NCBI GenBank assembly: GCA_964014485.1 | Contig: CAXHAT010000078.1 | Coordinates: forward strand, 1 to 34,769 | Direction of reading: 5' to 3' | Source: an uncultured Deferribacteres bacterium | GTDB taxonomy: Bacteria; Zhuqueibacterota; Zhuqueibacteria; Zhuqueibacterales; Geothermadaptataceae | DNA length: 34,769 bases | In this document: piece after piece, positions 26,421 to 34,769 of the stretch | Position numbering within the stretch: the stretch's first letter is position 1 | Layout: each line of letters starts with the position of its first letter | The notes under the pieces: model-generated | What the model saw: the letters and a program-made list of their open reading frames with translations, nothing else | Database searches by the model: none | Told to the model about the DNA's origin: nothing | Translations under genes and position numbers: made by a program

Positions 26421-27764
26421 TCAGGCAAAGTTCGCCGAATCGAGCGTTTCAACGAACTTCGTATCAAATTCGCCGCTAAAAAATTTATCATGCTGCATAA
26501 TGTAACGATGAAAAGGAACGGTGGTTTTTACGCCTTCAATGATAAACTCTTCAAGCGCTCTTTCCATCCTCTCAATCGCTTCAGCTCTGTCTTTGCCGTG
26601 AACGATGAGCTTGGCAATCAAGGAATCGTAAAACGGCGGGATCACGTATTCTGCATATGCGTGTGTATCAACGCGAACGCCCGGACCGCCTGGTACATGA
26701 AACGTCGAAATGACGCCTGGGCTTGGCCGAAAATTATGCGCGGGGTCTTCGGCGTTTATTCGACATTCAATCGCGTGGCCGCGTAATTTGTAGTTTTGAT
26801 TTAAATGCAGCTTTTCTCCGGCGGTCACACGAATTTGCTCCTTCACTAAATCAAGATCGAAAACAGCCTCCGTTACCGGATGCTCGACTTGAATCCGCGT
26901 GTTCATTTCCATAAAGTAAAACTTACCTTCATCGAACAGGAATTCTATCGTACCGGCATTTTCATAGTTGACGGATTTGGCTGCGCGAATCGCCGCATCG
27001 CTCATTTTTTTACGCAGCTTGTCGTTGACGACGGGAGAAGGCGATTCTTCGATGAGTTTTTGATGCTTTCGCTGAATCGAACATTCCCGCTCGCCAAGCG
27101 CGAAAACGTTTCCGTGGCTGTCCCCAATGATCTGAACTTCGATGTGGCGCGGGTTCTCAAAAAACTTTTCCATATACAAGCCGCCGTTCCCAAACGCGGC
27201 TTCCGCTTCTTGCGTAGCTTGGTTGAACGCTTTTTCCAAGCTCTCTTTTTCACGCACAACGCGCATTCCGCGTCCGCCGCCGCCCGCGGTGGCTTTGACA
27301 ATAATCGGATAACCGATCGAATCCGCCAATTCCAGCGCTTCATCAACGGAAGCAAGCAATCCTTCGCTCCCGGGGATCACAGGGACTTTGGCTCGCTTCA
27401 TCGTTTCTTTCGCGAACGCCTTGTCGCCCATGTTGGTAATCATCTCAGGCGTCGGGCCGATAAATTTGATGTTGCATGAGCTGCACATCTCGGCAAAGCG
27501 TGCGTTTTCGGCGAGAAACCCGTAGCCGGGATGAATAGCGTCGGCGTTGGTCACCTCAGCGGAGCTAATGATTCCCGGGATATTTAGATAGCTTGCAGCG
27601 CTTGGGCCGGGGCCGATACACACCGCTTCGTCGGCAAAACGAACATGCAGTGAGTGCGCGTCAGCTTCCGAATATACCGCCACTGTTTTTATGCCAAGCT
27701 CTTTGCAGGCCCGAATGACTCGCAACGCGATTTCACCGCGATTCGCAATGAGTATCTTCTTCAA
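26421..27764 (-). CDS. accC: Acetyl-CoA carboxylase biotin carboxylase subunit
   Basis: [55 protein letters not shown] start. Confidence 0.97.
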   Translation of the reverse strand: MKKILIANRGEIALRVIRACKELGIKTVAVYSEADAHSLHVRFADEAVCIGPGPSAASYLNIPGIISSAEVTNADAIHPGYGFLAENARFAEMCSSCNIKFIGPTPEMITNMGDKAFAKETMKRAKVPVIPGSEGLLASVDEALELADSIGYPIIVKATAGGGGRGMRVVREKESLEKAFNQATQEAEAAFGNGGLYMEKFFENPRHIEVQIIGDSHGNVFALGERECSIQRKHQKLIEESPSPVVNDKLRKKMSDAAIRAAKSVNYENAGTIEFLFDEGKFYFMEMNTRIQVEHPVTEAVFDLDLVKEQIRVTAGEKLHLNQNYKLRGHAIECRINAEDPAHNFRPSPGVISTFHVPGGPGVRVDTHAYAEYVIPPFYDSLIAKLIVHGKDRAEAIERMERALEEFIIEGVKTTVPFHRYIMQHDKFFSGEFDTKFVETLDSANFA

Positions 27765-27843
27765 ACTGAAATGTTCCTTTGAGTGCTGGGGGATATTCTA
27801 CAACTTTGAATGTTGATCGATAGCGAAAACCGTAAGTCTCAAA

Positions 27844-28344
27844 CTATAGCTTTTCGACGATAAACAAAGGTTGATTGTACTCGACAGGCTGGGTGTTTTC
27901 AACGAGAATTTCAAGAATACGGCAAGGGTATTCCGCTTCAACCTCGTTCATAAGCTTCATTGCTTCTATTATGCACAGCACTTGGCCTTCTTGCACTGTG
28001 TCCCCAACTCTAACGTAGGGGTCTGCGTCCGGCGCCGGAGAACGATAGAAAGTGCCCACCATCGGCGCTTTCATTTCCTCCCCTTTCACCGCAGCCTGAG
28101 CCGGTTCTTCTTGCGCAACGGGAGCGGCTGCATCCGCTGCTGGTGCTGCCGGAGGCGCTGCTACGGGCGCTTGCGGCATTGCGGCGGGTACGCCATAATG
28201 AACAGGTTGCCCTACCTGCATGACGCCTCCGTTAAACGGCACCTTTGAAATCTTGACTTTGCGGCCCCATTTGCTGACTTCCAATTCGGCAATATTCGCG
28301 TCTTCGACGATCTTGACCAGACGTCTAATTTCTTCCGAATTCAT
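27844..28344 (-). CDS. accB: Biotin carboxyl carrier protein
   Basis: Ala/Pro linker, [11 protein letters not shown], biotinylation motif [16 protein letters not shown]. Confidence 0.97.
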   Translation of the reverse strand: MNSEEIRRLVKIVEDANIAELEVSKWGRKVKISKVPFNGGVMQVGQPVHYGVPAAMPQAPVAAPPAAPAADAAAPVAQEEPAQAAVKGEEMKAPMVGTFYRSPAPDADPYVRVGDTVQEGQVLCIIEAMKLMNEVEAEYPCRILEILVENTQPVEYNQPLFIVEKL

Positions 28345-28372
28345 AAATCCTCCTCAATACGTCCGGTAAGCG

Positions 28373-28936
28373 TTATGACTTGACGCGTTCAATATACGCT
28401 CCGGTTCGTGTGTCTACTTTAATAACCTCTCCCTCGGAAATAAACAACGGCACAGTTACGACGGCTCCCGTTTCCAGCGTAGCGGGCTTGCCGCCGCCGG
28501 AAGCCGTGTCCCCTTTCAAGCCAGGATCCGTTTGCGCGATCTTCAACTCAACCGTGATAGGCAATTCTGCATAGACGGGAGTCGCGCCGTCAAAAGCGAT
28601 ATCAATTGACTCGCCCTCTTTGAGAAACTTCGATGCGTCGCCAACCATCGCGGGCTGCACGTTGATTTGATCGTAAGTCTCATTGTCCATGCACACATAA
28701 TCGTCGCCGTCGCGATACAAGTATTGCATCTTCTTGCGTTCGACCATCACGTCTTTGACCTTCTCGCCTGAACGGAAAGTCTTCTCCAGGACGCGCCCTG
28801 TGCTAAGATTCTTCATCTTGGTGCGCACAATCGCCCCGCCGCGCCCCATTTTTACATGTTGAAATTCAAGAATCGACCAAATAGCTCCATCGATTCTTAG
28901 CGTAAATCCGTTTCTAAAATCTGCCGTACTTGCCAT
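28373..28936 (-). CDS. efp: Translation elongation factor P
   Basis: QHVKMGRGGA loop, YLYRDG, PGLKGDTA, KPATLETG, VPLFI, DTRTGAY. Confidence 0.97.
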   Translation of the reverse strand: MASTADFRNGFTLRIDGAIWSILEFQHVKMGRGGAIVRTKMKNLSTGRVLEKTFRSGEKVKDVMVERKKMQYLYRDGDDYVCMDNETYDQINVQPAMVGDASKFLKEGESIDIAFDGATPVYAELPITVELKIAQTDPGLKGDTASGGGKPATLETGAVVTVPLFISEGEVIKVDTRTGAYIERVKS

Positions 28937-29067
28937 TGCTGTAATTGTATTATAGATTTGGTGAAGGTTGCAGGACAGCCTTAATCTTGAAGAATTATCG
29001 ACTGTAGGCTTAATAAAAATAAAGACTTTGATCAGAAACCAAGAGTGGCGTTTTTTGCAAAGGCCGC

Positions 29068-29096
29068 AATATAGCCCTACGCTCTAAAAAAGTCAA
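29068..29096 (-). promoter_or_regulatory. Sigma70-type promoter for efp-accB-accC-gcvH
   Basis: TTGACT-N17-TATATT on the minus strand; same hexamers as the promoter at 30478. Confidence 0.65.
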
Positions 29097-29111
29097 TCTC
29101 TAAGTGGCTTA

Positions 29112-30347
29112 ATGAATTTCAAAGAAAAACTGCGCCAACTGGAAGGCGCAACAGAAGCCCGTCGCAGCGATCGAGTTCAGAATCACGACTTCGAGCATCT
29201 TGCGGAATATCTTGGCGGTGAAATCTTGCAACGGCGCGATGAAGCGTTTATCATCGTGCGTTCAGAAAAACCGCTTACCGAAAAACACGGTCAAATCAAC
29301 CTCAATATCGGCTCTCGCATCTCGGGCGAAACCATCTCAACCGCTTCAAAAAAGACCGTCAACAAAGATTTTGATCTTACTCGCGCCGTCTTTCTCGATA
29401 CCGAAACAACCGGACTCGCCGGCGGAACCGGCACATACGTTTTTCAACTCGGCGTCGGCTACATCCGGAACCAGATTTTCCACGTAGATCAATTTGTCCT
29501 GCCCCGACTCAGCGACGAAAGCTGGATGCTTGAGTATTTGAACCAATACTTCGAAAACCGCACAGGCATTATTAGCTTCAACGGCAAATCATTCGACGTA
29601 CCCTTGCTGCAGACGCGATTCATACAAAACCGCACCCATTCGTCGCTGGACATGCAGCAGCACTTCGATTTGTTGCACGCGGCGCGGCGCATTTGGAAAG
29701 ACGATTTTGGCGATTGTCGTCTGGGCACCTTGGAATCTAGGGTGCTTGGCTTCCGCCGCGTCGGAGACATTCCCGGCGAACAAATACCTCAAATCTACAT
29801 GGACTACTTGCGTTTTGGCGAATATCAACCGTTGAAGCCGGTCATCGAGCACAACCGCCTGGATATCGTCAGCCTGCTTGCCCTGGTCATCAAAATTTCA
29901 GAACTCATTCACGACAGCGACAAACTTGCATTTCAGCAAAAACAGCGCGTCGCACAGCTCTTCTCAGCAACCAAAAAACACCAAGACGCTTCGAATATTT
30001 ACCGACAAGCGCGAAACGAAAAAGCGCCGTCCCCTTATGCGCAAGCGGAATATCTTTGGGAGTACGGCCAGAGCCTCAAAAGAGCCAAAGATTTTGTTGC
30101 AGCGGAAAAGGTGTGGCTGGAAATGGTCGACCTGCCTCACCGCAGCGTTGAAGCGATGATCGAACTGGCAAAGCATTTTGAACATCGGCTAAAAGATTTT
30201 AAGCAAGCGCTCGCATTTACGGAACGTGCGATCCACAAAATTCAAATCAGAACGGAACTCGCAATTCGAACAGCCAAAGACGAAATGCTTCTCGCCGAAT
30301 TAAACCATAGGAAAACGCGCGTTGAGGAAAAACTGAACAAACTATGA
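29112..30347 (+). CDS. YprB-like RNase H-fold (RNase_H_2) exonuclease with C-terminal TPR-like helices
   Basis: FLDTETTGL, SFNGKSFDVP, HFDLL, HNRLDI, and C-terminal ELAKHFEHRLKD. Confidence 0.85.
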   Translation: MNFKEKLRQLEGATEARRSDRVQNHDFEHLAEYLGGEILQRRDEAFIIVRSEKPLTEKHGQINLNIGSRISGETISTASKKTVNKDFDLTRAVFLDTETTGLAGGTGTYVFQLGVGYIRNQIFHVDQFVLPRLSDESWMLEYLNQYFENRTGIISFNGKSFDVPLLQTRFIQNRTHSSLDMQQHFDLLHAARRIWKDDFGDCRLGTLESRVLGFRRVGDIPGEQIPQIYMDYLRFGEYQPLKPVIEHNRLDIVSLLALVIKISELIHDSDKLAFQQKQRVAQLFSATKKHQDASNIYRQARNEKAPSPYAQAEYLWEYGQSLKRAKDFVAAEKVWLEMVDLPHRSVEAMIELAKHFEHRLKDFKQALAFTERAIHKIQIRTELAIRTAKDEMLLAELNHRKTRVEEKLNKL

Positions 30348-30477
30348 GAACAGGAAGCGCTGAGTACAGACGCGGCAAACTAAAGAAACTTGTTCAATAC
30401 GACGCTTTTCGCAACGCACGATACTGCAAACAAAACCGAAGAAAAATTCTATCCGCCTGAACTGTCTACCGAAATTC

Positions 30478-30506
30478 TTGACTTAAGGCCATTTTCGCCC
30501 TATATT
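30478..30506 (+). promoter_or_regulatory. Sigma70-type promoter for the leader peptide-TBDR-lipoprotein operon
   Basis: TTGACT (30478-30483), N17, TATATT (30501-30506), 40 nt before ATG 30546. Confidence 0.7.
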
Positions 30507-30545
30507 TCGCCTGCCTTGATAAAATTCTTTAACAAAAGGGAAAGC

Positions 30546-30893
30546 ATGATGAACAGCAGATTCAGAAAAATCACCTCGGTTTTTCTCACTGCTATGCTGC
30601 TCTTCCTGACCGTCGGCGCTGAATTTTCCCATTCAAACTGCTTCTCGACAAACAAAGGAGCGCCGCTTGCTTTTGAGAACGGTCAAAAAGAAAGCGCTCC
30701 GGAATCGACGGAATTTGGAACGCTTTGCGCAGCATGCTTCTTTCATTCCGAACAAACTGCAATGGTTTCTTCGGAACACTCACTCGACGCGTCGTCCTCC
30801 GATGGCACGATAGGCGTGATAGTAACGTTTATCCATTCTGCATGTTCTTCATTTCATTTCGCCCTTCGCGCACCTCCAAAACGCCTCGCATAA
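30546..30893 (+). CDS. DUF2946/CruR-like leader peptide (TM segment, CxxC, C-terminal RAPP)
   Basis: 115 aa from ATG 30546. Hydrophobic N-terminus, CAAC at 30726-30737, RAPP at 30867-30878 four codons before the stop. Lies upstream of a TonB-dependent receptor. Confidence 0.8.
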   Translation: MMNSRFRKITSVFLTAMLLFLTVGAEFSHSNCFSTNKGAPLAFENGQKESAPESTEFGTLCAACFFHSEQTAMVSSEHSLDASSSDGTIGVIVTFIHSACSSFHFALRAPPKRLA

Positions 30894-31152
30894 CCCTACA
30901 CTCCCAATCTTTTCGATACATTTTTTGACTTGAAACGCATTTTCAGCAGAAAAGCGAAGATTAGGCTGATCTAACGCTTAAACCGCCTTTTGGCGCAATT
31001 ATTCGCTTTGACCGAAAACGAAATTTCTAACGAGCCTGGCTTAGACTTCTGCCTGGATAAACGAGATTCTCTCAGCGTTTCTATTTCCAATCTCGCTAAT
31101 TCTATGATTGCTTAAAGCGATTACAGAGTTTGAGGGAAAGAGCAGGTAAAAA

Positions 31153-33531
31153 ATGAAAACTTACAAAAAAACAATGGTAACCCGCATCGCAAAATCAGTT
31201 TTCCGGATCATAATTTTATATCTGATCTTCTTTGCCCCCGCCGGAAATCTACTTGCCAACCTAAGCGAACCTGTTCACCTTTTTGGCAAAGTGATAAATC
31301 GGGAAACCGGCAGGCCCTTGCCCGGCGCGGAAGTTTTTGTGCCGTCTCTACAAATCGGCAGCGTGACCGACCAAAACGGCGAGTACGACATTCGCGTTCA
31401 CAAAAGAGGAAAGTTCAAAGTCATTTGTCGGTTTATTGGATTTCAGGAAATCGTCATAGAAATTTCCCTTACCGAGCAACGCACCAAGCATGACTTTTCG
31501 CTCGTTCCCAGAGCCTTGGAAATGGACGAAATCGTTGTCCGCGGAGACCGTGAACCCGGAATAGACCTAACCATCGCCAGTCAATCCGTCACGATTCTTT
31601 CCGACCAGAAGCTGGAACAAATTCGCGGGCAAACGCTCGGTGAAACCGTTGCGGAACTGCCGGGCGTGACCACGCTGCAGACCGGGCCGTCCATATCCAA
31701 GCCGGTCATTCGCGGCGTACATAGCCAGCGTGTTGTCATCGCCAACGCCGGCGTGCAGCAGGAAGGGCAGCAGTGGGGCGCGGAACATGCGCCGGAAATC
31801 GATCCGTTCGCTCCGGCGCGCATCGAAGTGCTCAAAGGTGCGGCGAGCGTGCAATACGGCGCGGGCGCCATCGGCGGCGTCATTCGTGTCGAGCCGCGTG
31901 ATCTCCGGGAAACCGGCGGCGTCGGCGGGCAGGCGACCATCAACGCATTTTCCAACAATTCACAAGGCGCGGGATCACTACTTCTTGAAGGCGGATTTGG
32001 CAGCGTCCCCGGTTTTGGCTGGCGGACGCAGGGCAGCTTCCGGCGTGCCGGAGATTCACGCGCGCCAAAGCATATAATTCGGAACTCAGGTTTTGACGAG
32101 CGCAACTGGTCGGTCGCAGCCGGGTACAGCAAATTCCGGACTGGGCTTGAGTTACATTTTAGCCACTTCGGCACCGAGCTTGGCATTTTTCGCGGCGCGC
32201 ACATCGGTAATTTGAGCGATCTGCTGGCCGCCATCGAGCGCGGCGAACCAGCCGTGGACGCGGATTTCACTTATGACATCCGCGCGCCGAAACAGCAGAT
32301 TTCTCACAATCTGTTTTCATTGCACAGCGACACGCATCTCGGCAAAGTTGGCGTGCTGGAATTGCAGTACGGCTGGCAGCAAAATCAGCGACAAGAGTTT
32401 GACGCGCACCGACGCTTCTCCTCCGAGCCGCCGACCGATCCCGCTTTCGATCTGGTTTTGACCACCCATTCCGCCGATCTGACTTTTCAGCACGATCCGG
32501 TCGGTAATGTTTTCGGAAAAATCGGCGTCAGCGGCATGCGGCAAGGAAATGTGCGCAAAAGCACCGGCTTTCTCATCCCGAATTTCCGCGCCTACTCCGG
32601 CGGCGTTTTTATGATCGAAAACTGGATTTATAAAAACTGGACGGTCAACCTGGGCGCGCGCTACGATTATCGCTGGATGAAAGTCTTTGCGGTTCCAAGT
32701 AAAAACATCCCGGAAGCCGTACTCAAATATTCAAACGTCACCGGCGTGCTCGGATTGATCTGGCAATTTGCTGAAAACTGGTCGATTGGGACAAATTTGG
32801 GCACGGCGTGGCGACCGCCAAGCGTGAACGAACTTTTCAGCGACGGCGTACATCACGGCACCGCCCAGTATGAATTAGGCGATCCCAACCTGAAGCGAGA
32901 ACGCAGTTTGAGTCTGGACGCGACGCTCCGTCACGCCGGATCGTGGGCGCGCGGAGAAATCAGCGTTTTCAACAACCGTTTTGACGATTTCATTTTTCTT
33001 CTCCCGGAAGAAGAGTTTGCGCTGACGATTCGCGGCGCCTTCCCCGCTTTCAGCTACCGTCAGGCTGATGCACGCCTGCGCGGAGTCGACGGCTCTTTCA
33101 CGTTCGATTTGAATTCAAAAATTCATCTTGATCTTTCCGGTTCGGTCATACGCGGCGACAATCTGGAAACGAACGAGCCGCTTTTTCTTTTGCCTTCCGA
33201 CAGATTCAAGGCGGGCGTTCAGGTCGATCTGCCAAACCTCGGAGCGCTGCAATCCAACAGTGTCGAAATCGGCGGCGCATTTGTGACGAGGCAGAATCGT
33301 TATCCTGAAGGCGTCGATTATACCGACCCGCCGGACGGCTACAACCTTTTCGATTTTAACTTGACCTCCAAACTGCAAATCGGGACGCAAGAGTTGAATC
33401 TTCGGTTTAGCGTCAACAATATTTTCAACACGCGCTACCGCGATTACTTGAGTCGTTTCCGCTACTTTATTGATGATCCCGGCAGAAATGTCATTTTAAG
33501 AATAAACGCGCCCTTTGGAAAATTCAATTAA
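31153..33531 (+). CDS. TonB-dependent receptor, probably metal uptake
   Basis: N-terminal carboxypeptidase-regulatory-like domain; plug KPVIRG...QQWGAEHAPEID...IEVLKGAASVQYG; barrel with DGVHHGT; terminal NNIFN..YRDYLSRFRYF...GRN. Confidence 0.92.
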   Translation: MKTYKKTMVTRIAKSVFRIIILYLIFFAPAGNLLANLSEPVHLFGKVINRETGRPLPGAEVFVPSLQIGSVTDQNGEYDIRVHKRGKFKVICRFIGFQEIVIEISLTEQRTKHDFSLVPRALEMDEIVVRGDREPGIDLTIASQSVTILSDQKLEQIRGQTLGETVAELPGVTTLQTGPSISKPVIRGVHSQRVVIANAGVQQEGQQWGAEHAPEIDPFAPARIEVLKGAASVQYGAGAIGGVIRVEPRDLRETGGVGGQATINAFSNNSQGAGSLLLEGGFGSVPGFGWRTQGSFRRAGDSRAPKHIIRNSGFDERNWSVAAGYSKFRTGLELHFSHFGTELGIFRGAHIGNLSDLLAAIERGEPAVDADFTYDIRAPKQQISHNLFSLHSDTHLGKVGVLELQYGWQQNQRQEFDAHRRFSSEPPTDPAFDLVLTTHSADLTFQHDPVGNVFGKIGVSGMRQGNVRKSTGFLIPNFRAYSGGVFMIENWIYKNWTVNLGARYDYRWMKVFAVPSKNIPEAVLKYSNVTGVLGLIWQFAENWSIGTNLGTAWRPPSVNELFSDGVHHGTAQYELGDPNLKRERSLSLDATLRHAGSWARGEISVFNNRFDDFIFLLPEEEFALTIRGAFPAFSYRQADARLRGVDGSFTFDLNSKIHLDLSGSVIRGDNLETNEPLFLLPSDRFKAGVQVDLPNLGALQSNSVEIGGAFVTRQNRYPEGVDYTDPPDGYNLFDFNLTSKLQIGTQELNLRFSVNNIFNTRYRDYLSRFRYFIDDPGRNVILRINAPFGKFN

Positions 33532-33576
33532 TCGATGTTACGCACCAGTCCTGGAACGCAAAGAGCGCTTTTTGGC

Positions 33577-33646
33577 GTCATTCCCGCGCAGGCGGGAACC
33601 CAGCAAATCGCGCAAATCTCTGGATTCCCGCCTGCGTGGGAATGAC
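33577..33646. repeat. Complete GTCATTCCCGCG...GGGAATGAC palindromic element
   Basis: GTCATTCCCGCGCAGGCGGGAACCCAG / CTGGATTCCCGCCTGCGTGGGAATGAC in inverted orientation. Confidence 0.9.
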
Positions 33647-33709
33647 AGAAGGAATGTGTTCCGGGGCAAAACGCGTGACGTCAAGCATTCATCTTTTGGA
33701 GATATTTTC

Positions 33710-34306
33710 ATGACTACTAAAAAATTATTTCAATGGACTTTACCGCTGGCGGCTTTTCTTGCTTTTTCATTCGGTTGCGAAGACAATCCCGCGGATCCCG
33801 ATCACGGTCCCGGTGAAGAAGAACTGATCACAACCGTCAATTTAACGCTGACGCCGCAAGGCGGGGGACAGGCTGTGACTGCTCAATTTCAAGACCTCGA
33901 CGGCGACGGCGGCAATGCGCCAACCATCACCGCGCTCGGTTTAACCGCGGGCGTAACGTACGACGGCATGGTCTCGGTTTTGAATGAAGCTGAAAGTCCG
34001 GCGGAAGACATAACGGAAGAAGTTGAAGAAGAGGCGGAAGAGCATCAGTTTTGGTTTACAGTTTCAGGCGGGATTGCTGGCAGAGTGACGGTCGCTTACG
34101 CGGACGCCGAATCGGACTACGGCACGAATTCCGGCACTGATCATCCCGTCGGCGTGAAATTCACCGTCACGGTCACGGCGGGCGCCGACGCAAACGGCCA
34201 GCTCAATGTTGTTCTGAGCCACTACGACGACGCCCCCAAAGACGGCGTCAACCGAAGCGATGAGACGGATATTGACGTAACGTTTCAGGTTAACGTCACG
34301 CAATAA
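33710..34306 (+). CDS. Acidic lipoprotein partner of the TonB-dependent receptor (EEELITT type)
   Basis: GGAGA RBS, MTTKK...lipobox SFGC, DHGPGEEELITTV, EEEAEEHQFWF, ETDIDVTF. The track's longer start translates the upstream repeat. Confidence 0.8.
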   Translation: MTTKKLFQWTLPLAAFLAFSFGCEDNPADPDHGPGEEELITTVNLTLTPQGGGQAVTAQFQDLDGDGGNAPTITALGLTAGVTYDGMVSVLNEAESPAEDITEEVEEEAEEHQFWFTVSGGIAGRVTVAYADAESDYGTNSGTDHPVGVKFTVTVTAGADANGQLNVVLSHYDDAPKDGVNRSDETDIDVTFQVNVTQ

Positions 34307-34533
34307 CTCTTTCAACGCGAATCAAGTAAATAAAAAGCCGTTCTACGCAGGCACAAGGCTCTGATCATTTTTTGTTACCCACAAAACAAGGAAGGAATCT
34401 CGCACGAGGGCGCATTGAGATTCTTTCGTCTTGAAAATGGTCAAGCTTCAGATGCAGCGATGAACGGCTTTTTGCATTTAATTCATGATGGATGTCGGAC
34501 GCCAAACATAATGCTAAAGGAACTCTTGTTATA

Positions 34534-34551
34534 GTCATTCCCGCGAAGGCG
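34534..34551. repeat. Truncated GTCATTCCCGCG element
   Basis: GTCATTCCCGCGAAGGCG matches the start of the 33577 element. Confidence 0.6.
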
Positions 34552-34586
34552 CACGCGCGATAAAAAGAATGTGGATAACTCAAATC

Positions 34587-34769
34587 AGTCCCAGCGGGAC
34601 GACCGAAACTAGCCCGCCAATTCATTGGCGGGGCAAAATCAGCCGTGTTTCGAGTGAAGTCCCGGCAGGGACGACTGAGATTTTTACACGACGCTCAACT
34701 TCAATCGTCCCTGCCGGGACTTTATGGAAATCGGGCGTAACTTCAGTCCAGCCAATGAATTGGCTGGCT
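34587..34769. repeat. REPIN-like palindromic cluster (AGTCCC..GGGACGAC plus GCCAATTCATTGGC); probably continues beyond the window
   Basis: 21/22-bp IR at 34657-34678 / 34701-34722. Inverted hairpins at 34611-34632 and 34748-34769. Confidence 0.85.

Noticed and set aside
29112..30347. YprB-like nuclease as part of a defence or MrfAB repair system
   Set aside because: No partner helicase or defence genes are adjacent, so only the domain call is supportable.
30390..30545. N-terminal extension of the RAPP leader ORF
   Set aside because: It overlaps the predicted promoter; ATG 30546 (or 30549) fits better.
33515..33709. N-terminal extension of the lipoprotein ORF
   Set aside because: SFPRRRE...LDSRLRGND is the translated GTCATTCC repeat. 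The RBS and lipoprotein signal point to ATG 33710.
34365..34625. 86-aa minus-strand ORF
   Set aside because: It starts inside repeats and translates them (AFAGMT); no other support.
34587..34769. Possible CRISPR array
   Set aside because: The units are inverted and heterogeneous, not direct repeats with regular spacers, and no cas genes are present.

Overview
A 34.8-kb bacterial chromosomal segment, mostly cell-envelope and housekeeping genes. PorV, a T9SS C-terminal sorting domain, GWxTD, DUF5683 and PEGA proteins suggest an FCB-related Gram-negative lineage such as KSB1 or Calditrichota (inference). Left: a partial solute-binding protein, an MMPL/HpnN-like RND transporter, an orphan sensor kinase and a GWxTD lipoprotein. 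Centre (7053-25476, all minus strand): porV; a T9SS-CTD protein whose M6-protease domain has lost its zinc motif; two paralogous gluzincin peptidase + PD40 propeller + Omp85 barrel fusions; two DUF5683-like paralogs; an RmlD-like SDR; an AgmX/TonB-like protein; a BamB-like PQQ lipoprotein; a PEGA protein; and a ChpT-like pseudo-kinase. Together these are a candidate uncharacterised outer-membrane assembly or secretion module. Right: efp-accB-accC-gcvH, a YprB-like nuclease, and a CxxC/RAPP (DUF2946, CruR-like) leader peptide ahead of a TonB-dependent receptor and a lipoprotein. Intergenic DNA holds two copies of a ~205-bp MITE with TIRs and copy-specific target-site duplications, plus at least five families of REP-like palindromes. 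No rRNA, tRNA, CRISPR array or transposase was recognised. All calls come from reading motifs by eye; no database searches were run.
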